Source of the DNA: a virus
DNA length: 58,419 bases
IMG/VR virus record: IMGVR_UViG_3300045988_147113
Strand: one strand, 5' to 3'
The stretch's first letter is position 1. Every line of letters starts with the position of its first letter. A program made the translations under genes and the position numbers. Positions 7,995-17,610 of this stretch are shown one piece after another. The notes below the pieces were generated by a model that was given only the letters and a program-made list of their open reading frames with translations, did not search any database and was not told the origin of the DNA.

Positions 7995-8219
7995 TCATTC
8001 GCAGTCCTCCGAGTCATCCTGGACGAGTCGTACGGTTTCGGCATATGTCACATCCGAAATCCTATCGATATCGCCGGACACCGATACCATTTTTCCGCAT
8101 CCGGTGCAGATGAGGATGCATTTGATCCGGTTTGCAGTAATATCGAAATCAAGAGCTTTGACCTCGGCATCGCAGTTGCAATGCATGAGATCGTCTACTT
8201 CTTCGGTGGTGAGCGGCAT
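7995..8219 (-). CDS. Small Zn-ribbon protein
   Basis: 74 aa with CNC and CTGC pairs. Confidence 0.55.
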   Translation of the reverse strand: MPLTTEEVDDLMHCNCDAEVKALDFDITANRIKCILICTGCGKMVSVSGDIDRISDVTYAETVRLVQDDSEDCE

Positions 8220-8284
8220 GATTACTCCTGTTCTTGGTATACTTTATCGAAAGTAATATTTTCAGACCTCAATTCAAATGAGGT

Positions 8285-8461
8285 CTGATTTTATTCATAA
8301 CTTCCTTCCACATTCAATCGGCACCATTGCCGGACGATCAAATGTCTGCATCATGGCGATATACAAATCGGAATGTCGAGGTATCGGTCGTTGCTTGGGA
8401 ATATAGGTCCATAGATTGACGCTGATCATCAGGACCAGCGCCCAAATTGCAACGATCATAG
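8285..8461 (-). CDS. 58-aa membrane protein (absent from the ORF track)
   Basis: MSITMIVAIWALVLMISVNLW..., with a GGAG RBS. Confidence 0.4.
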
Positions 8462-8470
8462 TAATTGACA

Positions 8471-8557
8471 TGATTGCTCCTTAGAATTTATGATTGTCTA
8501 CAAACCAGCTCATAAGTATAAGCAAGCCGAGTAAAATCATCAAACTTAAAATATCGC
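8471..8557 (-). CDS. 28-aa hydrophobic mini-protein
   Basis: MSVSDILSLMILLGLLILMSWFVDNHKF, with a GAAAGG RBS. Confidence 0.35.
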
Positions 8558-8591
8558 TTACACTCATGAGCTGACCTTTCTGATCCGTATG

Positions 8592-9680
8592 TTATCGAGT
8601 CAAGGAAGCAACCAGATCATTGCTTCCAGGATTCGGCGAAATATAGGGTTCGCCGTTTACCAGCCAGTCGAAATCGCCATACTGCGAAATATCATCTCGT
8701 GCCTCATCGGCGAGATGTTCGTAGTAGGTGTAATCGACTTCGTCTTGTTTGTGACTGTCTCGGAGAACGCTCGATTCCTTCCATCGATAGCCCTTGGTAC
8801 CGGACAGCGCGGCGTAACCGCCGTTGCCGTTGTCGCGAACCAACAGACCTCCACCGCAACCCGGTTGGACCGGACTGAAGGCGCTTACCTTTCCGACGAA
8901 ATCATAGCGATGCTCGTCCTCGGGCAGACCTTCGTTGAAGTCTAGGTAGATCGATGTCGTGGCGGATTTGGTTTCGCAAAGATCCTTGAAATCAATCGTT
9001 TCATGAGAGAACAGCGTCTTGAAGACATATGGTACGGCGAACTGTGCACCCGTTGCCGCCCAACCACCATGCGATGCGGCGTCGTGCCCGTCGTCGCCGT
9101 AACAATGATGGGCGATGTACGTCGCTTTGTTGACGATACACATCTTGTCGTAGATCGCTTCGAGTTCGAAATTGTACCCATATTTTTTACCAAAGTCCAT
9201 AACAAATTGCACGATATACTGGTCGGCATCAGCAATTTTAATGGAGTCGGTTTTTACATGTACAGATACATACCCGAGTTCCATGACTTTTTGCTTAAGC
9301 AAAAGCATAAACAAAGCACCACGTTTAGCGACCATGTTTTCAATATTTCGGTCGTTTGATCTATTTTCAACATCGTTGAATTTCGTTGGAAAATGAGCCG
9401 AAGTCAATCCATAAGTCGAATTGATGACGATCTTCAACGCTTGAGCTAACGACTTGGTGTTTTCGCCTTCTTTAAGAAGCGGAGCTAATGCGCCATCCAT
9501 GCATTTTCGGGCTTTTTCAATTTGACCATGTTTAATGAAAATACGAGCTTTCTTAATATCGCTATACTTTTTAGTATAAGGGCCGAAGAAGTTCATATTC
9601 TCAATGCTTGAAGGATGTAGAGATGACACATCCAACAACGCAACATTGCCAAACATTCCTCCGAGTTTCTGACCGCTCAT
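8592..9680 (-). CDS. Family B DNA polymerase, C-terminal (palm/thumb) fragment
   Basis: Motif A is LLDVSSLHPSS (DxxSLYPS-like), motif B is KIVINSTYG and motif C is VHVKTDSI. Its ATG overlaps the HNH gene stop (ATGA). Confidence 0.8.
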   Translation of the reverse strand: MSGQKLGGMFGNVALLDVSSLHPSSIENMNFFGPYTKKYSDIKKARIFIKHGQIEKARKCMDGALAPLLKEGENTKSLAQALKIVINSTYGLTSAHFPTKFNDVENRSNDRNIENMVAKRGALFMLLLKQKVMELGYVSVHVKTDSIKIADADQYIVQFVMDFGKKYGYNFELEAIYDKMCIVNKATYIAHHCYGDDGHDAASHGGWAATGAQFAVPYVFKTLFSHETIDFKDLCETKSATTSIYLDFNEGLPEDEHRYDFVGKVSAFSPVQPGCGGGLLVRDNGNGGYAALSGTKGYRWKESSVLRDSHKQDEVDYTYYEHLADEARDDISQYGDFDWLVNGEPYISPNPGSNDLVASLTR

Positions 9681-10144
9681 GATTTCTCCACTCGTCGAAT
9701 CGTGAATCCTTTATGTTTTTTGACTTTACCAAGTACAGCCTTCGAAATGTTCGATTTTGTACTATGTAAAGCTTTTGCGCATTCAATTTGGCTATCGAAT
9801 TGTTCTCCAGTTTCAATGATCTCAACCGGATAATGATGACCAGGATGAAGCCCTTCCAAATAAGCATGTTTTAGATTCCTAGAATGAGTAGTCCATTCTA
9901 GGTTATCAACAGCATTATTGGCTTTATCTCCGTCAATATGATTGACTTCGTTCCCCGAATGTTTCGGAATCCAAGTTTCAGCGACCAATCTATGAACGAA
10001 TCCGGCTGAAGTTTGTTGATATCCAGAATCATTAATAAATATTGGAAGCTCTCGGCAATGGCTTTGTCGACAACTCACAATTCGTCCTTTATTGGACACC
10101 AAAATTCTTTGATCTTTCAGCCATTGCCTCCAAAGTTCATCCAT
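9677..10144 (-). CDS. HNH homing endonuclease (NUMOD4-HNH-IENR/NUMOD-like) splitting the polB gene
   Basis: The NHIDGDKANNAVDNLEWTTHSRN HNH core is present. The N-terminal W...LVSNKGRIVS is NUMOD4-like. The gene fills the whole gap between the polymerase fragments. Confidence 0.8.
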   Translation of the reverse strand: MDELWRQWLKDQRILVSNKGRIVSCRQSHCRELPIFINDSGYQQTSAGFVHRLVAETWIPKHSGNEVNHIDGDKANNAVDNLEWTTHSRNLKHAYLEGLHPGHHYPVEIIETGEQFDSQIECAKALHSTKSNISKAVLGKVKKHKGFTIRRVEKS

Positions 10145-10147
10145 GAT

Positions 10148-13123
10148 TCACCTTGTACTTTCTAAGTTCATCCATGAGATTTTATTGGTATCCATTCCGA
10201 ACTCTTTATACATGGCTTCAAATTCCTTTCGTCGTTCTTCGCCAGGTTTTTCATAGGACTTGATCATGGTTGATTGATCGATTCCATTCCCATTTGGCAT
10301 TCCATAAACATGGACGTAGCCGCCCTCACTCGGATATTCTCCAAGATATTTGGACTTATGTTCACGATCGGCGAACTTATCAAAAGTATATCCGGGAAAC
10401 TCTTTATGAAGATCAGGCCATGGAAACTCGTCTTGTGGATGTTTGACATCACCAAACACGATTTGTGTGACATGTTGGTTCGTCGAATCATTCGGCGTGA
10501 GGCCGGACAGATTCGCCAGACCTTGACGGGCCACGAAATCCTCATGAAGATGGTTGAACACCGCTTCCGTCGCTCGGACATCATCCTCGCAATATGATTG
10601 CACCAGATCCCAAAGCTTCGGATCGACCGGCTTGTCCCACGGCATGCCGAGTTCGTGATGATCGATTCCAAGCTCGATCTCCCACTTCTTCAATGACTGC
10701 TTCTTTGCGGAGAAGTCGTAGATATCCGTATAGGAGATGTTGTAGGCATTCTGGAACATGGCGTTTCGACTGCGAGGTCCGCCAGCCACGATATCCTGAG
10801 ACAGGTTGTAGAGCTGTTGGTTGTCATAGCCGAGCCAACCCCACGCATACAGCATATGATTGTCGTATCGTCTGTTGTTGAATCCAACCAGCGCCTTGCC
10901 GCAGAGTTTGCGAACATCCTTCGGATCGGGATTGATCAAGGTCTTCACTGGATGATCCTTCTCATCACCTGCGTCTTTGAAGCAGATCATGAATAGGTTC
11001 GGGAACACCTCTACGTCGTAGAACGTCAGAATATCAGGCGTCCCAGTATGCTTTGGCGGTTCCAAGCTATCGGGTTCATCGGAACGAAGCTTCATATTCG
11101 CCACGACCTTCATGCAATAATCTCGATTATGCGTGGAGTTCATGGCAAAATTGAGAATATCCAGACGCATGTCTTCGACGTTATACTGGATGCCAGACTC
11201 GTACGCTTCGTCCAGCAGCTTACAGATGAAGTCGATCGATGGCTTGGTTCCCGGACAATATTCCTTTCTTAGATTCCCTTTGATGAGATTACGAAGATGC
11301 TGCTCATCTTTGATCGCTTTCTCATTGATCATGGTTTTATCTCCTTTGAGAGGAAGACCGCTGGAAATATGCGCGACTTCGAGATCGTTGCATGTGCTGA
11401 GTTTCCTTCGCAATGCAGACTTCCCTCGATACACCTTGCATTCCACGTTGATATCGATCAGAGGCTTCAGTCTCGTCACGTCACCATCGTAAATATAATG
11501 CAGGTGTACGCCCTTACCGGATTTGCTCAATTCCGCATACGTCGGCGGATACTTCGCGGCTTCGGCAAGATTGCGTTCCAGGCTCTTCTCGCCGTCATCG
11601 CCCTTGAGATCAAAGTCGATGACGATATGATTCTCAGGTACTCGTACCCAATGCAGTTTGGTGGTATCCACATCTTTCAATGTGCTGGTCACCTGATCCC
11701 AAGGCAACCGAGGTCCTCCGGTTGGATTATCGGCGGCGTATTGCGCCGGCCAATTCTGAGCCATGCGATCGAATGCCGAATCGGTCGAATCGAGTTCGAG
11801 TTTTCTCGCTTCGATCGGCTTCGGTTTCTCCACTTTCTCGAATTTATCCCAACGGATTCCCTCGAAACCGGTGTTACGAGTGGATTTGCGACCATTGACG
11901 ATGTTGTCAGTCGTCTTGTTGAAATATGATGACAATTCGAACAGGAAGTCATCACGTTTCATGCGCATGGTCACGTTGCCTTCATCACACCAAACCTTAT
12001 ATTGACGCCAAAGTTCGAGGCCATCGATATGATCGTTATCTTCGAATTGGTCGAGAACGCTTGACAAGAACGAATACATATCATTCGTTCTGGCCACCAT
12101 TTCGGTTGGCACGTAATTGCCATATGCGTTCGGACCCAATTCCTGATAGACCTCTCGGCAATGGTGGGCGATCGCACCGAGTTCGAACTTGATGCCGTCC
12201 ATGGCTTCGAAATATTCAGCATTGTTGAGTTTTCGTCCCGATGGATAGACGTCGATCAACCTTCGGATCAGACCAGATTTGGAGTCGGTGATCTTCACTG
12301 GTTTATTCGAGGCCATGAACAGCATTGTCTTGATCGGAATATCATACTGCTTGACGCCTTTCTCATTGACTTTGATGTATTCATGCGAAACAATGGTGTT
12401 CAACAATGAATTATCATCGATCTTTGAGAGGTCGCCGTCGCTTTGAATGGCCACAAGTGGCGCATTCTTGAACGCAGCAGTGGCGAACTGATATCCCTGA
12501 CCAAGTTCCTTGGCATTGAAGAACGAAACGTAGTTCCCGAACAGTTCCTGAATGATATTCAGAATCGTCGATTTACCGGTACCGGGAGCACCGGTAATGG
12601 CGAAGAATTTCTGAATGCGTTTCTGGTCCTTACCATCTACGATCAGACCTATGCCCCATTCGAGCTTTCGACGCTCGTCCGGGTCATAGATCGTTTCCAT
12701 CAGGCGATCATAGTTCGGCGTCGGACCCTCGATGAGATCATATGGCAATTTGAATGATGCGTAATCCTCTCGAGCAACGTCATCATTGTCAAATATAACC
12801 TTCTGATCCAGCATGATGCTGTTGTCATCGAGGTTCTTCAGTTGGGATAGATATCGGTTCCATTGTCCATTGGACATATTGTCCATGTATTCCGGAGTCA
12901 AGGTCTTGTCCGAATGCGTTGCGATATATTCGCTGATATCCCTATCAATGAGTTCGGAGAGGCGACCGACACTTCTGGACCACAGGTGCGTATCTGGATC
13001 ATATACGGCGTAGAACTGTCCACCCTTGACAATAAGATCCTTGAATCCACGGGCCCTAGGATTCGCAATGACCTTGGTTGCGGTTTTGGTGCTTTTGACT
13101 TCAGTCACTCGTATTTGGTCCAT
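10148..13123 (-). CDS. Fusion replicase: SF3 (D5-like) helicase + AEP primase + PolB 3'-5' exonuclease/N-terminal fragment
   Basis: - Walker A is GAPGTGKST (about 12569..12592).
- AEP motifs are IVIDFDL and SKSGKGVHLHYIY (about 11500..11620).
- Exonuclease motifs are ExoI FYDVEVF, ExoII GFNNRRYDNHML and ExoIII YCEDDVRA.
- GGYV is present just before the C-terminus.
- ATG at 13123 follows AAAGGAG. Confidence 0.75.
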   Translation of the reverse strand: MDQIRVTEVKSTKTATKVIANPRARGFKDLIVKGGQFYAVYDPDTHLWSRSVGRLSELIDRDISEYIATHSDKTLTPEYMDNMSNGQWNRYLSQLKNLDDNSIMLDQKVIFDNDDVAREDYASFKLPYDLIEGPTPNYDRLMETIYDPDERRKLEWGIGLIVDGKDQKRIQKFFAITGAPGTGKSTILNIIQELFGNYVSFFNAKELGQGYQFATAAFKNAPLVAIQSDGDLSKIDDNSLLNTIVSHEYIKVNEKGVKQYDIPIKTMLFMASNKPVKITDSKSGLIRRLIDVYPSGRKLNNAEYFEAMDGIKFELGAIAHHCREVYQELGPNAYGNYVPTEMVARTNDMYSFLSSVLDQFEDNDHIDGLELWRQYKVWCDEGNVTMRMKRDDFLFELSSYFNKTTDNIVNGRKSTRNTGFEGIRWDKFEKVEKPKPIEARKLELDSTDSAFDRMAQNWPAQYAADNPTGGPRLPWDQVTSTLKDVDTTKLHWVRVPENHIVIDFDLKGDDGEKSLERNLAEAAKYPPTYAELSKSGKGVHLHYIYDGDVTRLKPLIDINVECKVYRGKSALRRKLSTCNDLEVAHISSGLPLKGDKTMINEKAIKDEQHLRNLIKGNLRKEYCPGTKPSIDFICKLLDEAYESGIQYNVEDMRLDILNFAMNSTHNRDYCMKVVANMKLRSDEPDSLEPPKHTGTPDILTFYDVEVFPNLFMICFKDAGDEKDHPVKTLINPDPKDVRKLCGKALVGFNNRRYDNHMLYAWGWLGYDNQQLYNLSQDIVAGGPRSRNAMFQNAYNISYTDIYDFSAKKQSLKKWEIELGIDHHELGMPWDKPVDPKLWDLVQSYCEDDVRATEAVFNHLHEDFVARQGLANLSGLTPNDSTNQHVTQIVFGDVKHPQDEFPWPDLHKEFPGYTFDKFADREHKSKYLGEYPSEGGYVHVYGMPNGNGIDQSTMIKSYEKPGEERRKEFEAMYKEFGMDTNKISWMNLESTR

Positions 13124-13135
13124 ACCCACTCCTTT

Positions 13136-13696
13136 CTAGTCCCACTTATATGGAATATCGTGGTCGGAATTGCCGAACAATGTCCACTGATCGAACAGTT
13201 GCATCCGTCGAAGATCCTTGTCGCATCCCTTGATGACGAACAATCCACCATTGCTCCCATCGGTGTTATACTTCCGGTTCATGGTGCGTTCGACAAGCAG
13301 TCGTACCGGTTCGGATGCGTCTCCAACGGCATCGAAATATGAATCCGTGTAGGCTTGCAGATCCATATTTTTGATGAATAGATGCATCCAATCGGCACGA
13401 GACATCTTGAGTGCGAGATCGTTATCGACCCGTAGAATCACTGCGATGAGGAATTCCAGGAAGCTCGTCACTCCTCCCTGGAATTGCGCTTCGCATGGTG
13501 CATGATTGTAATATTCGTAATCGCCACGGAGTTCGAGAGCATCGCCTTCTCGATTGGCATCCATGGCGATACGATAGGTGTAACGGATCGTATCCATCAC
13601 ATGATAGAGTTTGGAATATCCATCATTATCAATACCGACCACATCTTCTAGAAGCCAATCGAAATATGGTTTCACATGTGGTTCGCTCTTAGGCAT
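13136..13696 (-). CDS. Hypothetical protein
   Basis: 186 aa from the ATG at 13696, which overlaps the upstream gene end by 8 nt. Confidence 0.6.
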   Translation of the reverse strand: MPKSEPHVKPYFDWLLEDVVGIDNDGYSKLYHVMDTIRYTYRIAMDANREGDALELRGDYEYYNHAPCEAQFQGGVTSFLEFLIAVILRVDNDLALKMSRADWMHLFIKNMDLQAYTDSYFDAVGDASEPVRLLVERTMNRKYNTDGSNGGLFVIKGCDKDLRRMQLFDQWTLFGNSDHDIPYKWD

Positions 13697-14558
13697 GTCG
13701 GTCCTCCTCATAGGCTTTCCTGGCCATATCTTCGAGAACACGGTGAGATGGCAAGGTGATCTTATCCGGATCGATGCCGAACACCGATTCCTGATATGAT
13801 TCTTCGTGACGTTCAATCACGTAGTCCGTCTCGAACGTGTCATTACGGCAAATCACAACATTCGGATCTTCCTGCCATCCATACTTACCGAATTGCATAA
13901 GTACGGCCATATCGATAAGATCATCCGGACGTTCGACGAGCACTCGTCCTTCGGCGAGTTTGTCGTCTCTGACATAGTAGTCAAGATACACCGTATCGAT
14001 GAAGTCCGGAGCGGTCTTGTGCTCATAGTCGTCGATCATATATGCGGTTCGGTTCGGATCGATGGAGTTCTTGAATCGATGCTCCTTCACTTCGGTGAGC
14101 AGTCCGAGAATGAGATTCTCATCACCTTCGCAAGCATCATATGATGCCTGTTCCTCATCGGTCAACGGCCCATCCCATCGAGGATTGCCGTCATGGATTT
14201 CGAATCGCGCGAAGATCTTGGTTTCGTCTTTGGTCAAGGTTTCAGCCTCCTCTATCTTGGGTTTGATTGCTTCGAGTTCTTTTTTGGCGTCGGCTATGTC
14301 GCTATCGTACATATCGAGACGATCGGACCGTTCTTGGAGATCCTTCTCGTATGCCGCTTTGCGTTCCTCGTAAGCGGCATCCATGGCATCGAGCTGACGT
14401 CCTTTGGATTGACGTTGCTCCTCGAGCTGATTGACTTCGTCCTCCAGCTGTCGAAGCGGTATATACTTTCGATATACACCGAAATATCCGATGACGGTCG
14501 TGACGGCGACACCGGCCAGAAATCCGATGCCGGCGAATATCAGATTCTCACGATTCAT
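13689..14558 (-). CDS. Membrane-anchored coiled-coil protein
   Basis: ATG at 14558 after AAAGGAG. It has an N-terminal TM segment (LIFAGIGFLAGVAVTTVIGYF) and then a charged coiled-coil region. Confidence 0.65.
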   Translation of the reverse strand: MNRENLIFAGIGFLAGVAVTTVIGYFGVYRKYIPLRQLEDEVNQLEEQRQSKGRQLDAMDAAYEERKAAYEKDLQERSDRLDMYDSDIADAKKELEAIKPKIEEAETLTKDETKIFARFEIHDGNPRWDGPLTDEEQASYDACEGDENLILGLLTEVKEHRFKNSIDPNRTAYMIDDYEHKTAPDFIDTVYLDYYVRDDKLAEGRVLVERPDDLIDMAVLMQFGKYGWQEDPNVVICRNDTFETDYVIERHEESYQESVFGIDPDKITLPSHRVLEDMARKAYEEDRHA

Positions 14559-14612
14559 GTTCGCTCCTTTCGAATAAAAAGGGAGCGCCACGATTCCAAT
14601 GACGCTCCCGTA

Positions 14613-15527
14613 TCAGATCTGATCGTAGACGATGCCGTCGCAGTTGAACTGAAGAAGAATCTCTTCCTTGCCATCCCATGGGCAATCCTTGACGTTATCC
14701 CACGGATCATCGCTGCAACCGAATACGCCGAAGTCGACAATCGAATCGTGATCAGGCGTATTGATCCAACCGAGCACAGCGCCTTCCTTGGTATCAGGAA
14801 GACCGAGCAGACGATAGACATCGTTCAAGAACAGATGCCCGGTGTAATCGAGCTTGTTCTGAGCACGATCCAATGCGGACTTCAACATCACGGTATTCAT
14901 ATCCGGTGATTCGTGATCCCAGATCTGAGAATCCGGTCCGAACCATTTATCGGTCGGACTCAGCGTCTGGACGTTCTGCTCCTTCTTGGTCTCGATGATC
15001 TTGCCTTTGTCGTCGGCGACTTCGACGGTGTCGATGTTCTGATAGAACTTCTTATCGACCTCTTCTCCATACTGGGCCACGACACGTTCGCGGTAATCAC
15101 TAAACTTGGCGCTTACAGCAGCGAATGCCGAAGCAACCGCCGTGTATCGAGTCTGGAGGATGTTGTGTGCCGACAGAATGCAGGCGATGCTCAAGCCGGT
15201 CAGAATAATGGTCGGAGCATAGAGCTTCGCGTAAGCCACGGTGGTGCGCATATAGATAATCTGCTTCGACGAAGCCGCTTCATTGACCGTGAAATCACCA
15301 TCATCGAGCTCGCCGTTGTCCACCATCTTTTCGAGGGTTTCGACGCGGCTCATCTCGGTTTCATGGTTCTTCTTCACGTCATCGATATGCATGGTCGACC
15401 GACATGCGGTGACTGTTGCGGCGACGCCAAGCACGATGCCCGAATATGTCAGGATTTCCGGGCCATGTTTCTTCAGAAAGAGACCGCTCTTAGCTGCGGT
15501 TTTGACCAATGTGCTTTTAATGGACAT
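14613..15527 (-). CDS. Membrane protein, paralog of 17611..18363
   Basis: 304 aa. The two proteins share an architecture: an N-terminal K..G.EILT..G..GV TM hairpin, a second TM segment and a C-terminal globular part with GW...D motifs. Confidence 0.65.
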   Translation of the reverse strand: MSIKSTLVKTAAKSGLFLKKHGPEILTYSGIVLGVAATVTACRSTMHIDDVKKNHETEMSRVETLEKMVDNGELDDGDFTVNEAASSKQIIYMRTTVAYAKLYAPTIILTGLSIACILSAHNILQTRYTAVASAFAAVSAKFSDYRERVVAQYGEEVDKKFYQNIDTVEVADDKGKIIETKKEQNVQTLSPTDKWFGPDSQIWDHESPDMNTVMLKSALDRAQNKLDYTGHLFLNDVYRLLGLPDTKEGAVLGWINTPDHDSIVDFGVFGCSDDPWDNVKDCPWDGKEEILLQFNCDGIVYDQI

Positions 15528-15536
15528 GTTTGCTCC

Positions 15537-15731
15537 TTATTTGTTTTTGTAGGCGAACTCGGTTTGCAGAGTCCACTTGTTGGTTGATTCCCAGCGAAAC
15601 ACATAATGCGCTCCACTGAATAATATGATCAATGCCGTATGGTTATCTATTCGGCGGTATTTCTGAACTCGCTCCGAGAGTTCCGGGAAAAGCTGTTGGA
15701 ATTTCACCATGGCAAGAAAACGATCCATCAT
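15537..15731 (-). CDS. Hypothetical protein
   Basis: 64-aa ORF with a 4-nt overlap to the upstream ORF. Confidence 0.5.
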   Translation of the reverse strand: MMDRFLAMVKFQQLFPELSERVQKYRRIDNHTALIILFSGAHYVFRWESTNKWTLQTEFAYKNK

Positions 15732-16015
15732 ATCTCCTCGATCGTGCCGAAATCATTATTCGGATCGGACGTATATAGATATTTCCGTCCATCCCTGGTT
15801 GTAATCACGGCCGTATTCGGCAATCGTCCCGGCCAATCAATAGTGATATCAATCGTCAAGTTCGCTATCTCTGGAAAATGTCGAAACAGGCGATGCAACC
15901 ATGATCTATTGATCAAGGATATCGTTCTGGCTCGATCGGACTCCCGAATATCGTCGACAGTCAACAGCATCTGATGATCGGTTTTATCGATGCCGTCTAT
16001 GATTGGATATGCCAT
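15728..16015 (-). CDS. Hypothetical protein
   Basis: 95-aa ORF. Confidence 0.55.
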   Translation of the reverse strand: MAYPIIDGIDKTDHQMLLTVDDIRESDRARTISLINRSWLHRLFRHFPEIANLTIDITIDWPGRLPNTAVITTRDGRKYLYTSDPNNDFGTIEEI

Positions 16016-16150
16016 TCTGATCGTTCCTCGCTTGCTCTTTGATTGCTCGCACTCGTTTGAGCACGATCGGTATTTGTTCGTCTGTCATTTTATCGACTTT
16101 ATAAGCCCATGACGGACTCGAATACCAGTTCCTCAGCTCGTCCCGGTCGC

Positions 16151-16789
16151 TCATTGCAGGTGCTCCGTAGGTGGAAGTTCCACAATATATCCGCCATAGA
16201 TCGATCGAACACGGCTACCACGAATGTCATGCCAGCCCCAGTTCTGATCGGTGTACTCAGCGGTGATTCCGGCAAATTCGTAGAAGTCCTTCACCCGAAC
16301 GACACCATATTGCTGAATATAATCGTTCATGGCCGTCAAGACGTTTTCAGCCGACGGCTTGTCAGGAAACACGACTTTGCTGAAATCGTGGCGTTCACGA
16401 ACTGTGCTGTCGATCACACGTCGATTGCTCGACATGGCGTTATAGTTCGTGTTCTGCGAATAGCTCGGGTTATCACGTCGAACCAATCGAGGACTGGTCG
16501 GGCGATAATCGGACGCGCTCATACCATACACCATTCGTTTCGTTCCGCCGATGACCATATCGACGAACGTATCCTTAAGCGCTGGCACTAGCACATCGGT
16601 CAGCATATACATCATGACGTCTTTCGGATCACCACCGAAGAAGCGCTTTACGCCTTTCTCGACCATGGTATCCTCTTTGAGTTTACCATGAGCGACTGCT
16701 GATTTCTTCGGCGCTTCTTTGGATTCCGGAAGACCCAAGTTCTGTCGAGAGACATCGACGACTAATGGCTTGCGATCGTCTTCAGCCAT
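16151..16789 (-). CDS. Hypothetical protein
   Basis: ATG at 16789 has AAAGGA 8 nt upstream. The track start at 16798 lacks RBS spacing. Confidence 0.6.
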   Translation of the reverse strand: MAEDDRKPLVVDVSRQNLGLPESKEAPKKSAVAHGKLKEDTMVEKGVKRFFGGDPKDVMMYMLTDVLVPALKDTFVDMVIGGTKRMVYGMSASDYRPTSPRLVRRDNPSYSQNTNYNAMSSNRRVIDSTVRERHDFSKVVFPDKPSAENVLTAMNDYIQQYGVVRVKDFYEFAGITAEYTDQNWGWHDIRGSRVRSIYGGYIVELPPTEHLQ

Positions 16790-16869
16790 GCTCTTCATCC
16801 TTTCGAAATAGACACGGAAAGGGCCTAGACATCGTCCAAACCCTTTCCTTGTTACTTAATATATGAGAA

Positions 16870-17328
16870 TCAGTTATTCTGCTGGTTCAGCTGAGCGAGA
16901 TACTGCGCCGCTTCCGGCGTGAGTGCAGCCTTAGCCGAGCCGTTGCTGATGGCATTCAGGCGATCGGACAAGGCCTTCGGCACCAGACCAGTGAAGAATC
17001 GCGTAGCGAACTGGTCATCGGACATCAGCTTGCCCAACAGACTGTCGTACGCTTCAGACTCCATGAAGATCTTGGTAGTTTCGGGATTCTTTACGAAATG
17101 CGCTTCGCCATCGACTTCGGTTCGCTTGCCATACGATGCCTTGATCAGATCGTCGATCAGATCGAACGTATCATCCGGAGACGCCTTTCCGGAAGTCACG
17201 GCTTCAAGCTTTTCCTGGATGCCGTCCTTCAGCAGTTGACGCATTTCGCGCATGGTGAGATGGAAATATGCATCCATGGTCTTGCTGCTGCCGTCGATGT
17301 CCTCGTAGGAAATGGTTTCCTTGATCAT
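16870..17328 (-). CDS. Hypothetical protein
   Basis: 152-aa ORF. Confidence 0.6.
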   Translation of the reverse strand: MIKETISYEDIDGSSKTMDAYFHLTMREMRQLLKDGIQEKLEAVTSGKASPDDTFDLIDDLIKASYGKRTEVDGEAHFVKNPETTKIFMESEAYDSLLGKLMSDDQFATRFFTGLVPKALSDRLNAISNGSAKAALTPEAAQYLAQLNQQNN

Positions 17329-17329
17329 G

Positions 17330-17590
17330 TTAGTTTTCCTCCTGTTGGTTGGACATAGCCACTTTTTGTTGGGCTATGAGTTGTTTGAGTTCCATATCCT
17401 GCTGAATCGCTTCGCGAATATCACGATCGCGTTGCGCCAGAATATGGTCCCCGGTTATACGGAATGCATACTTACCCGCAAGCTGAGTAAGCACGCCCGT
17501 ACAGATGGATTTGCCCAATCGGATGCCAAGAGGCTTCAGATATGGAGCGGCCGCTTTACCGGCTTGGGCGAGTAGGGAAATATAAGACAT
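17330..17590 (-). CDS. Hypothetical protein
   Basis: ATG at 17590 follows AAGGAG. Confidence 0.55.
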   Translation of the reverse strand: MSYISLLAQAGKAAAPYLKPLGIRLGKSICTGVLTQLAGKYAFRITGDHILAQRDRDIREAIQQDMELKQLIAQQKVAMSNQQEEN

Positions 17591-17610
17591 GATTTGCTCC
17601 TTGTTGATAC

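Noticed and set aside
9677-10147. A group I intron or intein interrupting polB.
   Set aside because: The HNH ORF starts 3 nt after the upstream stop and overlaps the downstream start (ATGA), leaving no room for a ribozyme core. The flanking ORFs have their own stop and start codons, and I saw no intein block A/G signatures. I cannot formally exclude an intron without RNA data.
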